Assembly (NCBI RefSeq): GCF_009914755.1
Contig: NC_060927.1
Length of the DNA: 64,000 bases
Direction: 5' to 3' (one strand)
Source: the human T2T-CHM13v2.0 reference genome, Homo sapiens
Shown: piece after piece, positions 39,723 to 57,041 of the stretch
Numbering within the stretch: the first letter of the stretch is position 1
Layout of the letters: each line of letters starts with the position of its first letter
The notes under the pieces: generated by a model
What the model was told of the DNA's origin: nothing
Database searches by the model: none
What the model saw: only the letters and a program-made list of their open reading frames with translations
Made by a program: the position numbers and the translations under genes

Positions 39723-40596
39723 TAGATTATACCAGATGCCCTGTGTGTGTACTCACCATGCTTTGGAGACCATACATATAGAGAATGTATCCTTCAGCCT
39801 GTTGCTGGAAGGCTTTGTGGGGTTGTTTTATGAGGAACATGGACAAATTAGAACAAGTGTGAAGAGAATGACTATGATCACAGGAGGGGTGCCCAGCTTA
39901 CAGTTCCCCAGTGACCATATCTAGGCCATCCTTTCTTCTATTCTTCTATTCTTCTGTTATCCAAGTCTAGCCTCCACACTTCTACCTAGAGCTGGTCCTG
40001 TTCATAAGACTTCAGGGTCAGATTGCCTAGTTATCTACATCTTCCAATAGAAGTTATGCCAGATGCAAATTATCCTTCACTGTCTGATAATGGACAAGTT
40101 GTTGTACTTAAAAATCAAGCATAAATTCTGGCCAAATTTTACCATTGTGCCTTTACTTTCCAAGCACTATTAATGAAAAGATCTTTTTACTATCAATCAA
40201 ATGTCTTTCTTTATCTTTTTTCCATTGTGGCACTGGTTGAAAATGCAAGTGTCCACAGGAACCAGGCCAAGGAGAGCAATGAGAAAATAGTGCCATGTTA
40301 AAGGTGATCAAGGGAACCAATAGAGAAGGGTAAGGATGGTGGTGGGCTGGACAGACAGTGACCACATCAAGGGGCAGCTGCCCAGCTCCTTCCCATCATG
40401 AGATCCAAGGGCTTAAACACCAGACCTTCCAACTTTCCAGTGGCGCTGGAAACACCTTGCTCCTTGTATAAACTATCTTGATTTTTAAATGTTAATATTT
40501 AACTTTTTAAATAGCTGAACATTGTACAAGGTGATCACGTACCTCTTCAGCCAAGTTTTGCCTACTGGCTGCCACACTGTTTTCTCTGCTTTAGGG

Positions 40597-40821
40597 CAGG
40601 GGCTGGCAAACTACAGTTTCCAGGCCAAATCCAGCCCACTGTCTGTTTTTGTAAATAAAGTTTTACTGGAACACAGCCACCCTCATTCATTTATGTACTA
40701 TCTTCTGCTGCTTTCGTGCAACAATAGCACAGTTGAATAACTGTGATAGAGACCATACAGCCCACAAAACCTAAAATATTTGCTGTCTGGTCCTTTACAG
40801 AAAAGGTTTGCTGATCCCTTG
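40597..40821 (+). mobile_element. MER58A
   Basis: CAGGGGCTGGCAAACTA...GTTTTTGTAAATAAAGTTTTACTGGAACACAGCC...GTTTGCTGATCCCT. Confidence 0.85.
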
Positions 40822-41794
40822 CTCTGGGGTCTTGAAATTGATAGACTCTCCTGGGTTCTCTGTTTTTTTTCCAGCAGATCGGCTATAGTTTCTAAATAAG
40901 TGAAAAAAGAAGAACCCGAAACAACCTTTATTGATCTGCTGGTGGTCATTTGGTACCATATACAGAATGCCAAAAAATTTTAAATTGGTTGTTTTGTCAT
41001 CACAAAATGGAATAATCGATTTGAATACTAAGCAAGCCCTGGAATAACAGAATCATGGTTTTGTAAAAAGACTGGGCACCAGAAGCAGACACACCTTTGT
41101 TAGAATCCCACTTCTGCCACCATTAGCTGTGAGGCCTTAGACTAAGTACTTGACTGTTCTGAGCTGCAGTTGTATCATCTGTAAAATGGTAACATTATTA
41201 AATGAATAATAATACCTACCTTACAGGCTTGGAGGTGAGGCTCAGAGGTAATAAATGTCAAGCATCTAGTACTTAGAAGCTTAATAAAGATGGAGCCCGT
41301 CTTAAGGGTGGCAGTAGTAACAGTATCATGTAGATTCAAATTTTCCTCCCCAATACACTTTCTTAGACCTTCTTTGATAAGAAAAATGAGTCTAGGGCTC
41401 TTGATATTTCAAAGGAAGTTTCAGGAGAAACAATGAAAAGTCCTTCCTTTAAGACCCAGTTACAGTAGCTGGAGAGTGAATCTCTCCAGTGTAGGTGCTC
41501 AGGAAATATGCAGAAGACGTGTTCAATGTTGGTTGATTTGTTTGGATGAATGGATGTGTGACTGAAAGGATTAAAGACAGTGTAAAGTCTAAAAGAAAAG
41601 AAGCTGAAGCACAATAGTCTTCCTTTGCACTGTTTCTAAAGAAATTTGTCACCAAGTAGAATTACATAAATCCTGACTGTAAGACCATCTACAAAAAGAC
41701 TAACCCTCTCTCTTCAACAGCCAATGCCATGAAATAAAGCAGCAGGGTAGGGCGTGGTGGGGGTGGAATGTTCTTGATTAAAAGAGCCTCAGGA

Positions 41795-42217
<423 letters not shown>

Positions 42218-42645
42218 TCAGGGAATTAACAGTAATTCTATTGGTCTTGATAATAATATTGTGGTTATGTCATTTTATGGACACATAATCAAGTATTTAT
42301 GGTTAAGATGTAACAGTGACTACAATTTATCTTAAAACACTTCAACCAAAAATAAACAAATAAAGAAACAATGAGAAAGAAAAAGGAAGTAACAAATATG
42401 GGAAAAAGTTAATTGTTAAATCCAGGTGATGAATATTCTAGTCTTTCTACATTTCTGATGAGTATGACTTTGTAATTTTACATGATAAAGTAAAAAAAAT
42501 AAAAATTATTTCTTAAGTTTTTAAGGATGCTGAATTATATTTATTATATGTAAAATCATTTATAATACTAGGTTACCCTTTCAAGAATAGTAAAGTCACC
42601 TTTTCCATTGAACTCCAGGCATTTTAGTAATGAATCAGCCAAAAA

Positions 42646-43470
<825 letters not shown>

Positions 43471-43488
43471 TACTATTAAATATAGTAA

Positions 43489-43833
<345 letters not shown>

Positions 43834-43842
43834 TAACTGTAG

Positions 43843-43863
43843 CAGCAGCAGCAGCAGCAGCAG
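43843..43863 (+). repeat. (CAG)7
   Basis: Read directly; non-coding. Confidence 0.9.
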
Positions 43864-44463
43864 TTCCCATTCCTTGAGTATCTACAATATGCTGAGCACC
43901 TGCTACAGGGTTTCACGTGCATGTTCCCATTTAACCCACACACCACCATGAGGTTCATGCTCTTATTATCCCTATTCTGCAGATGAGGAAACTATGTTCT
44001 GAGAGGCTGTGAGACTGTAAGTCAAGGCCAGTCTAATCATGAGGGTCACAAGATGACTTCCATGCCTCCCAACTCTTATCCTGTCTCTAATTTCCTATGC
44101 ATCTTCCTAACCCTGTAACACACACGGCACTTAAACTAGTGGGTGCTGCTCACTCGCTAACTGGCCAAATTTCAGTTACTCATCTTAATTCATCTCTGTC
44201 AGTTCTTTTATTTTTTCTCACTTCTTTTTAAAAGAAAAATATGTACTTTCTATTAGATTTCTTCAGGAGAAAGCATTCCCAAATACTTAAGCAAATATAG
44301 TCACCAGCCTGGACAAGTCATTTGCTTGTGCAAACTGATCAGGACAGATGTCACTTACAAAAATATTTGACTTGGAACTCATGTGCTTGTTGGCCCAGAC
44401 ACCTTCAAAACTGGGGTTTTATTAGGAAATGCTGGTTAAAAGAACTCATAGAAAGAAAACGTT

Positions 44464-44494
<31 letters not shown>

Positions 44495-44498
44495 TGCT

Positions 44499-44888
<390 letters not shown>

Positions 44889-45504
44889 CTAGGTGAATGA
44901 ATAAGTTAGGATTACCGCTCATTCATCCTGAATAATCTTAGCATCTAGGGGCTTTGGTGTCTCTAGGCAAACTCCTTCTTTCCCTCCTCCATGAAGGCGA
45001 AGCAAAGCTACTCTAAGATATCTTTTGACACACCTTCAGTGATTGTACTTGACCCCAAAACTCATAAAACCATTTCTCACTCATATACCTCAATTTCAAA
45101 ATGATTTATAGTAATTATATTTCTTCCAGAGTTCTTCAAATTTTTGTAATTATTTTATCTAACAAGCTCTCCATAGAGAAACTTGATTTAGCATACCACT
45201 TCTTGTTAGAAAAGCTTACAAATTTTTTTTGAATAGTCACAGAGGCTAAAATTCTAACATGCTTCTAGTTGTCCATTAAAGAAAATGCCTTTACTTCATA
45301 TACTCTTTCCAAAGCATATGTAAACCAAAATTGCAGTATCATTGTCTCTTTTACAGATACAATTCTGTAAAGTCACAGACTGAGAAATGAAGCATTTACA
45401 GATCCAGCCCTGTGTATCATCCTATGATTGGTCGTCCCCTTCCCCCCTTTTCCAGCCACACACAGACCTTGTCAAACCAAATTCCAGTTAAGTGATGCAT
45501 TAAC

Positions 45505-45623
45505 GGCGTGAACCTGGGAGGCGGAGCTTGCAGTGAGCCCAGATCGCGCCACTGCACTCCAGCCTGGGCGACAGAGTGAGATTCTGTCTCAAAAAAAATA
45601 AAAATAAAAATAAAAATAAATAA
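45505..45623 (+). mobile_element. 5'-truncated AluY
   Basis: GGCGTGAACC...GCGGAGCTTGCAG; perfect 15-bp TSD AAGTGATGCATTAAC (45490-45504 and 45624-45638). Confidence 0.9.
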
Positions 45624-46302
45624 AAGTGATGCATTAACATTTCATCATCTGGGAAAAACTTCAACCAAACACATAGTTTGGTAATTCAAGCGCCCTCCTT
45701 CCACATGTACTTTGTGTTCATCTCATAAATGGCTCAACCCTCCAGTTGGCCAATTGGCTCTGAAAAATTACATTTAAATCTCCAACTCCCAAATGCTGCT
45801 AAGCACCTCTTAATTTAATTTTTCTCCCTTTATGAAATAGGAATAGTATAAACACAAGATGCAAGCACTTAATGCTTCTTTTAGCATCATCGTTCTGGAG
45901 CTGAGAGGACTGCCCAGGGCCTTCACACACCACCGCCTCTTTGGTCTCCAACTCAGTTCCTCTTGAGACATTTTTAGGGCCTCCTCCAGAGGCTCAGGCC
46001 CAAACAGATGTCCCTCTCGCCCCCACTTTGAAATGGTGTGGCGTGAGGGAACACAAGAGAGAAGGGGGAAAAAAAGCTTTGGTAACCATGTGTCACAGTA
46101 GAGAAAGTGGTTCATACATTAAGGGAAAGTGAAAATGAAAAACCAGAAAATATGCAGAGAGTTCATGGACATCCTGGAAAACAACTTCTAGCAGATCCCC
46201 AGCTGAACCAAGCAGGTGCAAGCTTTAGATGATTAAAGTGGTGATAACGTGTCAAACCGGCTGGGGTTCTGACAGGGGAGGTCAAACCTGAACACCCAGA
46301 GG

Positions 46303-46510
46303 CAAGGTTTCTCAGCCTTTGCGCTATTGACATTTCGAGCTGGATAATTCTTGGTTTAGGGGGCTGTACCATGCATTCTAGGATACTTGGCAGCATCTCT
46401 GGCCTCTCACCATTAGACACCCACAGCAGAGTATTTGCAATAATCAAAAAAGTCTCTGGACATTGTCAAGGGTCACCTGGGGGCAAAAGCACTCCCAAGT
46501 GAGAACTATA
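46303..46510 (+). mobile_element. MER20
   Basis: GGTTTCTCAGCC...CTATTGACATTTCGAGCTGGATAATTCT...CCTGGGGGCAAAA. Confidence 0.85.
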
Positions 46511-46781
46511 GACCTAAATGCATGAGTTTGGAGTCTATATTATGATCAAGTGATGGTTTCATTAGTTCAACCAAACTGGCTTCTTGGGATCCTACAGATG
46601 GTTTGGCTACATTTTAGAAATTCAGTTTTCAAGAAGCTTACACCCAGAGAGGACCAAGCAGAATTATAGAGTGTAGGCCCATCAATTATGCACATCAGGA
46701 AACTGAGGCTCAGGACTGTTTGAGAGACTGCCTAACCAAAGCACTTAATTTAATGATAGCCAAAGAAAGAATGATGTGTGA

Positions 46782-47184
<403 letters not shown>

Positions 47185-47233
47185 TAATGAGAACAGTAAT
47201 AGTTCTCAAGCCTACAGAACCAGAACCACTTGA

Positions 47234-47590
<357 letters not shown>

Positions 47591-48399
47591 ATTTGGCATT
47601 TAACAACAACAACCAACTCTCCAGATGTATCTATAAGCAGCCAGAGTTGGCCTACAGATGGATCTCGAGGAAGGCACTCCAGACTAGAGTGCTCTGAAGA
47701 CCTGCTGGTGGTTCCAAACCTGTGTGGATGGCTTGCAGAAGTCAACCTTCGGGAACCACTGCTCGCCATGATCCATCTGTGACTAGAGGGCCACTTCCTT
47801 TCCCTCAAAGGTAAAAGTGGAGATCATTATCACAAAGCAGGTTCCTGGCTCTCAAAGATATCTTGGATCAAGCAAAGAAGCCCGAGCCTTCCCTCATCAA
47901 CGCACCCTTTAGAAGGACTGGCTGTTACTTGACATCTAAGAACAACAGACTGGCTGAAATGTGGGACTTATTCATAAGTTGGGCAGATGTGTGTTTGCAG
48001 CAACTCTATCTGCATGAGAACAACATTTTGCATGGAAAACTGGGCATGCAAATTTAACCCTGATTTGGCAACTGCAGGCCTAATGCAGCAGAAATGAATA
48101 CATCAACTGCTTCCTCTGGCTTTCAGCTCCTAAACCCGGAGAGAAACCAGAACTCCTACTTCTTGCAACAAGCTTTGCACTACCCCAGCCCACTCAGCGA
48201 CCTGCGTTCTCTGTTTCTGAAGACTCCTCTTAGCAACCGCAAAACCCACTGCCCGCATTGCCACTTTACAGAAAGTAGACATTAGGGACCAGGGAGGCCG
48301 CCTCTGATCCTTGCGTCTTGGAGAGCTTACGACCATCACCATGCATCCCCATTCGTCCTTCTGCCGTTTTCTCAAAGGTGTTGCAGTGGACATCTGTTG

Positions 48400-49312
<913 letters not shown>

Positions 49313-52003
49313 TTCCCTGGCATTTCAAGCTGGCTGCAACCTGACTTGAGTCACCTTGGCCAAACTTTCCCCTAATCCCTCCTTTCTGGTGTCATAATCT
49401 CATCTACAAATGCCTCCAAATCCCCTTGCCCCCACCCTGCAGTGGCCTTGTCCATCCTCTCCTCCGTCCTCGGGCCTCGCCAGCCTTCCGTCAAGTCTTC
49501 CACTGGCTAAAAGCCATGGTTCCCTCATCTGAACTCCTGCAGCTTGTTGCCTAGAGACCTCTCTGCATAGGAAAGCATGACGAACCAGGGAGGCACCCAG
49601 CAGGCGTCCAGGAACATATACCTGTTATTACCGGTATAGTGACATAAGACTTTGTTGTTTATGCCTGGCACTGTCTGCTTAGGCCAGCTACTAAACTGTA
49701 ACTCTCTTGAGGGTCCATGTCCCATGCATCCTTATGTACTAAAAAGATGCATTGTTGAGTGAATAGGTACACATATGGATATTTTGGTATTACCTTAATA
49801 AAAATAGGATCCATTTTTATGTTGCCATTAGGGAAGTCATGAGATAAAGGCCCAGGGTCAGTTATAAGGAACCACGTTGCCTGTATCTGAGATTAAATGG
49901 GATGCCAATATAATGTGGAGATTAGGGCACAGGCTGTGAGGATGACCCGGTTTGTGTTCAAATCCTGGCTTTCCCACTGTTATGTTGATCTTGGGCCAGT
50001 TTCTCAGCCTTCCAAATCTTTGTTTCCTCATTGGTGAAATGGGGTTTGCAGAACCCATCCCCCAGGGTGCTCAGGACGCGTCTGCATCCTAACATAGCGA
50101 AGCATTTCACTCATTCCCTGACACGGGGCATGTGTCCGGGAAGCACTGGCCAAAGGAGGTCTCTGAGCCCCCACGGCCTGTTTACGATGATTCCCTCTTG
50201 CCCGTCCCACTTTCTCGGTCCTCCCGGTCTGGAGGATCATATGACCAAGTGCTTAATTGTTTTTTTCCTTTCCTAGATCCTGCAATTACAGTTTCCCATC
50301 TCAGGCAAGCTATATTGTTCCCTCGTTTCTCTCTGAAAATTAATATTGAAAAAACATCTCTACCATCCTTTTACTTCCTTCACCCCATAAGGCTCCCCCT
50401 AAGCATGCTATCCTGGGGCACCTAACTCTCCTCTTTTTATTATTTCCCTCTTGCCAACCTTGGTCATTTTTTAAATGTATCCGACTCTGCAGGATTTTGA
50501 CGAAAGTTCAAGAGGACAGTATTTGTGATAACCCTTTCCATGGTGCTTAGAGGGAAGACGATCTCCGTCCTTCCCTCTCCTGCTGTCCATCAGTCAACAA
50601 ATATTTATGAAGTGTCCTCTAAGTACCAGGGGCCATACTGAGTATGGGGTACCAAAGAGAACCAAAGAGGCACATGTTTCTGTCCTCATCTTCTTCAAGT
50701 GTGCAAGAGTTCCTCTTGTGTAAATGGAAGGGAAAATAAAGACTGGAATTTAACTAGCACTGTACTTACTCCGCTGTCTCCTCCTTTATTAAAACTGCAA
50801 CACAGAGGAGAAAGAAAACAACTCTTCCTTCAAGAAGGAGCTCTTAATTACCTGCCCCATTCTCTGGGAGGTGAATATGTCCGCTGCTTTTTAATTATAT
50901 TGGCCTTATTGTTTCATAAGAAAATAAAAAACAGTCTCAACAGGGAGACTGCATGGAGCGGAGGAAGCCAAACATAACTTATGCACCTTATTAAAAACAA
51001 TTAGGGATTGTTTGATGAGGCAGATTCGGCTCCAGATGGCCAGCCTCCATATAGCCATGGTTCAGATTTCTTCTCACCTTCCCCCAGCTTCTTCCCAAGT
51101 TTTGCATCATCAGTTTTCTTAAAATACAAGGATGGGATTGTAAGGGATGCTGTTCCCACGTTTGTTACTTTTCTCTTCTCGGTGGCAACCAAGTCGTTGC
51201 TGCACTAACATTTGTTGGCTCTGGGTCCTCAGGGCTTCTCCTCTGTCACCATCTTGATCCCAGTGCTCAGGCTGCCAAGCGCCTACACCGGGCTGTGCTG
51301 ATAGCTCCTTGTGTTGATTGATATTGCAACACTCTGTTCAAGAGTGTTTTTCCCCAAGAGACCACAGGCTCCTGAAGGGCAAGGATTGAACGTTATTCAT
51401 CTCCATATTCCAGACACTTAGCACAGTAAAAGGCACACATTCTGGTGGCACTCAATCCTAGCTATCTGTGAAGTTTATTTAAAATATATCTCCCAGGACC
51501 ACACCTCCTTGAGAGACAGTTTTGGCCCCACCCCAAACCATCTCTCAAATCTGTATTTTTAAGTAGCTCCTCAAGTGGTGGTGATGTACAGCAAAGGTTT
51601 AAACTGTTACAGTCATCACTCAGTCAATGTTTGTGAAGCTAGACTCATCCATCCCGGGAAACAAAAGATATTTCTGGACGATCTAGAAAAGGTGCTCACA
51701 GATCATTCCTGACTCTAAGGAATCTAGTCATATGAATATATGGGGAGCGATTTCTTTCCCCATGTTGTTTGCTTATTCTCTAAAAATGAAAAAAAGAGAA
51801 CAACTCAAAATGCATATGAAATCGCAGAAAGTTGATAAAGCCTCAATATCCATCAACAGAGAGAGGGCTGGTTAAAAAATTGCAGGAAGTCCATACACTG
51901 GACCCTTATGTAGTCACTGAAAGGGCAGTTTTCTATGCATAAATGTGGACTAGTACCCAAGACATATTGATGGGTGAAAAAATACAAAGCAACGTTTGGT
52001 GGC

Positions 52004-52442
52004 TGTCATGGGTTGAATTGTGTAACCCAAAAAGATACGTTGGAGTCCTTACCCCTGGTACCTTGGAATGTGACCTTATTTGGAAATAACGTCTCTGCAG
52101 AAGTAGCCAAGCTATGAGGTCAGGCCCTCATCCACTGACTGGTGTCTTTATAAGATGAGGGCAAGTTGGACACTGACACCCAGGGAAAAGGCCATGTGAG
52201 GATGGAGGCAGAGATGGAGCCAGGCGGCCATAAGCCAAGTCGCTCCAAGGACTGCTGGCAATCCCTGGAAGCTGGAAGAGGAGGGACCAGGTTTCCCCTG
52301 AGAGCCTCCAGAAGAAACCAATCCTGCCAATGACTGTATTTTGGACTTCTAGCCTCCACAACTGAGAGAAAACCTGTTTCTGTTATTTTTAAGCCACCCA
52401 GTTTGGGGTAATTTGTTTTGACAGCCATGGGAAACTAACAGA
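52004..52442 (+). mobile_element. MLT1B/C solo LTR inserted in an L1ME-like fragment (about 51830-52640)
   Basis: TGTCATGGGTTGAATTGTGT...GAATGTGACCTTATTTGGAAATA...GGAAACTAACAGA; 5-bp TSD GTGGC/GTAGC. Confidence 0.88.
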
Positions 52443-53022
52443 GTAGCCTATCCTTTTGTGGAAATATCTATCTTTTAATACAGAGACCCTTCTGAAAGGA
52501 TACCCAAGAAACTGAGAGCAAGCATGGCCTCTGGGAAAAAGAAGTTGCTGGCTGGGAGTGAGGAGAGGAACAGAGATTTATTCTTCACTGCATACTCTTT
52601 TGTACTTTTTGACTTTTGTATACATTTGCATACTATCTATTTTAAAAGCCAAACAGTATTGCAATTATTGTGATTTTCTTTCCAGGTGCAGAAATGACCT
52701 AAGAGCTTAATCTCTCCGAGCCTCAGACTTCACATTCAGAAAACAGGGGTAACTGACAGTAACTACCTCACACACAGTGCATCATGCACCCGGAACAGCA
52801 CCTGACACAGAAAAGGTCTTGATGAGTGATCACATTGGCTACTGTTTTTATGGCTAATAGGAAATGAAGCTGCTTCAACAACAGCCAAAACCCAAACAAG
52901 GAGTCATGAGCAGAACCCTGGTGAGACGGCACTAAACTGTGGTGGCAGCTAAGAACGTTTGTGCCTCATCGATTGTATCATGTGCTACCCAAATTAGGTG
53001 CTACACAAAGGAGATACCTGTC

Positions 53023-53243
53023 AGCAGGGTTTCTGAACAGCAGCAGTGTTGACTGACATTTTGGGCTGGAAAATTCTATGTTGTACGGGGCAGTCTACTG
53101 TACACAGTAGGGTGGTTAACAGCACCCTTGGCCTCTACCTACTAGTTGCCAGTCATACCTATTCTCCAGGGGTGATGATAAAAAGTCTCCAGACGTTGCC
53201 ATATGTCCCCTAGAAGGGCGAAACTGACCCCAACAACCACTGG
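53023..53243 (+). mobile_element. MER20
   Basis: GACATTTTGGGCTGGAAAATTCT...GTCTCCAGACGTTGCCATATGTCCCCT. Confidence 0.8.
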
Positions 53244-53325
53244 TCTGCAGGTCAGTGGTTCCTAATATGTTTTCCCTAGAGCAGCAGCAGCAACATCACC
53301 CAGGAGCTTGTAAGAAAGAATCTGT

Positions 53326-53707
<382 letters not shown>

Positions 53708-53769
53708 TTAACGAGATCCCCAAATTATTTGTATGCATGCTAACATCTGAGAAGTGCTGGTCTGAATCA

Positions 53770-54100
<331 letters not shown>

Positions 54101-54113
54101 AAGAATGCCCAGA

Positions 54114-54400
54114 GGCCGGGTGCAGTGGCTCACATCTGTAATCCCAGCACTTTAGGAGGCTGAGGCAGGCAGATCACGTAAGGCCAGAAGTTCAAGACCA
54201 GCCTGGGCAACATGGCAAAACCCTGTCTCTATTAAAAATACAAAAATTAGGCAGGCATGGTGGTGCATGCCTGTAGTCTCAACCACCCAGGAGCCTGAGC
54301 TGGGAGGATTGCTTGAGCCCAGGACGGGGAGGCTGGAGTGAGACAAGATCATGCCACTGTACTCTAGCCGGGGCAACAGAGTGAGACTCTGTCTCAAAAA
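54114..54400 (+). mobile_element. AluJ
   Basis: GGAGGATTGCTTGAGCCCAGG; TSD AAGAATGCC(C/T)AGA. Confidence 0.88.
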
Positions 54401-55521
54401 AAGAATGCCTAGACATTTGGTTAAAAACACAGACTTTTGGGTCCCACCAAACCTGCTACAGTGATTCTCCAGGAAAGAGAGCTAGAAATTGATATTTGAA
54501 AATGATTCTTATGATCAGGAAGATTTGGGCCTCTTTATAGAGTTTCTTCAGGGGGATAAAATTTAGCAGTTACTTTTTAGCACTGACTGAAGAAAGAATG
54601 TCTTGGCTTAAGAACTTGTTTTCTGAACTATTCAACAAATCCTCCTTGAGCAATGGCTTAGGAACAAGGGGCCATAGAGACAAATTCCTTACCAGCATAG
54701 AGCATCCATCCTTCAGTGGACTGAATGGTAGAGAAGCAAAGTCTAGGTGATATTGTTTGAACTCCTGAGTCCAACTTTGCCAGAACCCATTTCTTCCCAG
54801 TCAAATGAGTAGATAATTTCCTTCTTTACTTAAATTTAAGTTTGATTTCTAATCATTGATCTCTGAGAGAGTCTCAACTAACACACTACTTTTTAAGGCC
54901 ACTAGACTAATTTCCTTCCTATGACTATACTTACAAAGCAACTTCTAATCATAATGTGGCTTCACATGAAGCTCTGTCCCTAGGCAAACAATATAGAGTC
55001 CAGTGAGAATGAGAATATGGTGCCTTTTGTAGCTGCAGATAGCATTATAAATGAATTGCAGTCTGGCTTCATACATCAGTTTCTTGTGAGTTTGGTTCCC
55101 ATGAGTCAGTGCCCAGATTTTAGTACCTCTGGGTATACTTAGTAACTGGAATATCCAAACCAGCTCCTAGAAGGAAGTGATGCTACACCCCACACCCCAC
55201 TGTTTTCAGGCAGGACTTTTTTTAATACCAAAATTGTGAAACCCATCTGGTCTGAAGGTATCCTTCCAACATATGCAATAGAAAGCTAGTCCTTTCTTTT
55301 TTTCCTCTTATTTATAACTTCATTTGTTTATATCAGGCTTATCTTTTCTTGTTCCTTTTCCTCTATCTCCTATGACCTATACAATATCTACAATGTTTCA
55401 TTTTCACGGTCTCTTTCCTAAATCCTTATTTCTTTGTAAGATTTCACTTTAGGTTTCTTCCACAGGTCCCAAGTGCTCACACAAAATGGTGCATTGAGTC
55501 CCTTATCTTCCCCTTTAGTGC

Positions 55522-55889
55522 TGTATTAGTTTGTTCTCATGCTGCTAATAAAGACATAATCAAGACTGGGTAATGTATAAAGGAAAGACGTTTAATTGAC
55601 TCACAGTTCTACATGGCCAGGGAGGCCTTACAATCATGGTGGAAGGCAAGGAGGAGCAAAGCCACGTCTTACATGGCAGCAGGCAAGAGAGAATGAGAGC
55701 CAAAGAAAGGGGAAACCCCTTATAAAATCATCAGATCTCATGAGACTTATTCACTAACACGAGAACAGTATGAGGGAAACCGCACCCAAGATTCAATTAT
55801 CTCCCACCAGTCCCTCCCACAACACATGGGAATTATGGGAGCTACAATTCAAGATGAGATTTGGGTGGGGACACAGCCAAGCCGTATCA
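55522..55889 (-). mobile_element. THE1 (B/C-like) solo LTR
   Basis: TGTATTAGT...GCTGCTAATAAAGACATA...GAGATTTGGGTGGGGACACAGCCAAGCCGTATCA; TSD AGTGC/ATTGC. Confidence 0.92.
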
Positions 55890-56391
55890 ATTGCACTTTT
55901 TTCTACATACGACTTGCTGAACTAATACCATTTCTTTCCAAAATTCTCTGTTTTGCCAAATTAATTGCTGTCATTGACAACCCATAGTCTGAACACACTT
56001 ATCTTGGTGTTTATTCCTGAATTCATGCACTCAACAGCCTGCCTGCTTCTCTCCAGCTTTGCATTCATTACATGGAACAACCACAGGTGTAGCACTCACA
56101 TTCCATAATGGCTGGAACATAAACAGGTTCAAACTTTTTGGAGGGCAAACACAATGTGTATGAAAAGCCTTAACCCAAAAATAGCACATCTAGGGATTTG
56201 TCCTAAAAGAGCAGTAAGAAAGGTATGCAAAGCTGTCCAGTCAAAGATGCTTGCAATGTCATGTTGGCGAATTGCAAATAATCTCAAGGTCCACCTATAG
56301 AGGATTAATTTTTAAACTTATAGCACAGTAAATATCTATAATAATGCAAAGTCCTAAAACGTCATTGGTGATTGAACTCCTGTCCACAATC

Positions 56392-57041
56392 TTTCTTTCT
56401 TGTTTTTTTGTTTGTTTGTTGTTGTTGTTGTTTGTTTTGTTTTTTTTCTTTTTGTTTTTGAGACAGAGTCTCACTCTGTTGCCCAGGCTGGAATACAGTG
56501 GCATGATCTCTGCTCACTGCAAGCTCCGCCTCCTGGGTTCACACCATTCTCCTGCCTCAGCCTCCCGAGTAGCTTGGACTACAAGCACCCACCACCACGC
56601 CCGGCTAATTTTTTTTTTTTTGTATTTTTAGTAGAGACGGGGTTTCACTGTGTTAGCCAGGAAGGTCTCAATCTCCTGACCTCGTGATCCGCCCACCTCG
56701 GCCTCCCAAAGTGCTGGGATTACAGGCGTGAGCCACTGCGCCCGGCCCGTTTTTGTTTTTGAGACAGTCTCTCTCTGTCACCCAGGCTGGAGTGCAGTGG
56801 TGCAATCTTGGCTCACTGCAACCTCCCTGCCTCCTGGATTCAAGCTATTCTCCTGCCTCAGCCTCCCGAGTAACTAGAATTACAGGCATGCACCACCACA
56901 CCCAACTAATTTTTTGTATTTGCAGTAGAGACGGGGTTTCTCCATGTTGGCCAGAATGGTCTTGAACTCCAGACCTCCAGTGATTTGCCTGCCTCGGCCT
57001 TCCAAAGTGCTGGGATTACATGCGTGAGCCACCACGCCCGC
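56392..57041 (-). mobile_element. Two tandem Alus (AluY-like about 56400-56747, inserted in the tail of an AluS about 56750-57040)
   Basis: Outer TSD CTCCTGTCCACAATCT flanks both elements. Confidence 0.88.

Noticed and set aside
43843-43863. (CAG)7 as the FOXP1 polyQ tract
   Set aside because: Intergenic, at a MIR/Alu boundary and on the opposite strand from the gene
55522-55889. THE1 LTR in the FOXP1 orientation as an alternative DUX4- or lymphoma-type promoter
   Set aside because: Relative to the consensus as I recall it, the internal donor (GGGTATGT) reads GATTATGT and the DUX4 site TAATTGAATCA reads TAATTGAATCT, so both appear inactivated; no expression evidence
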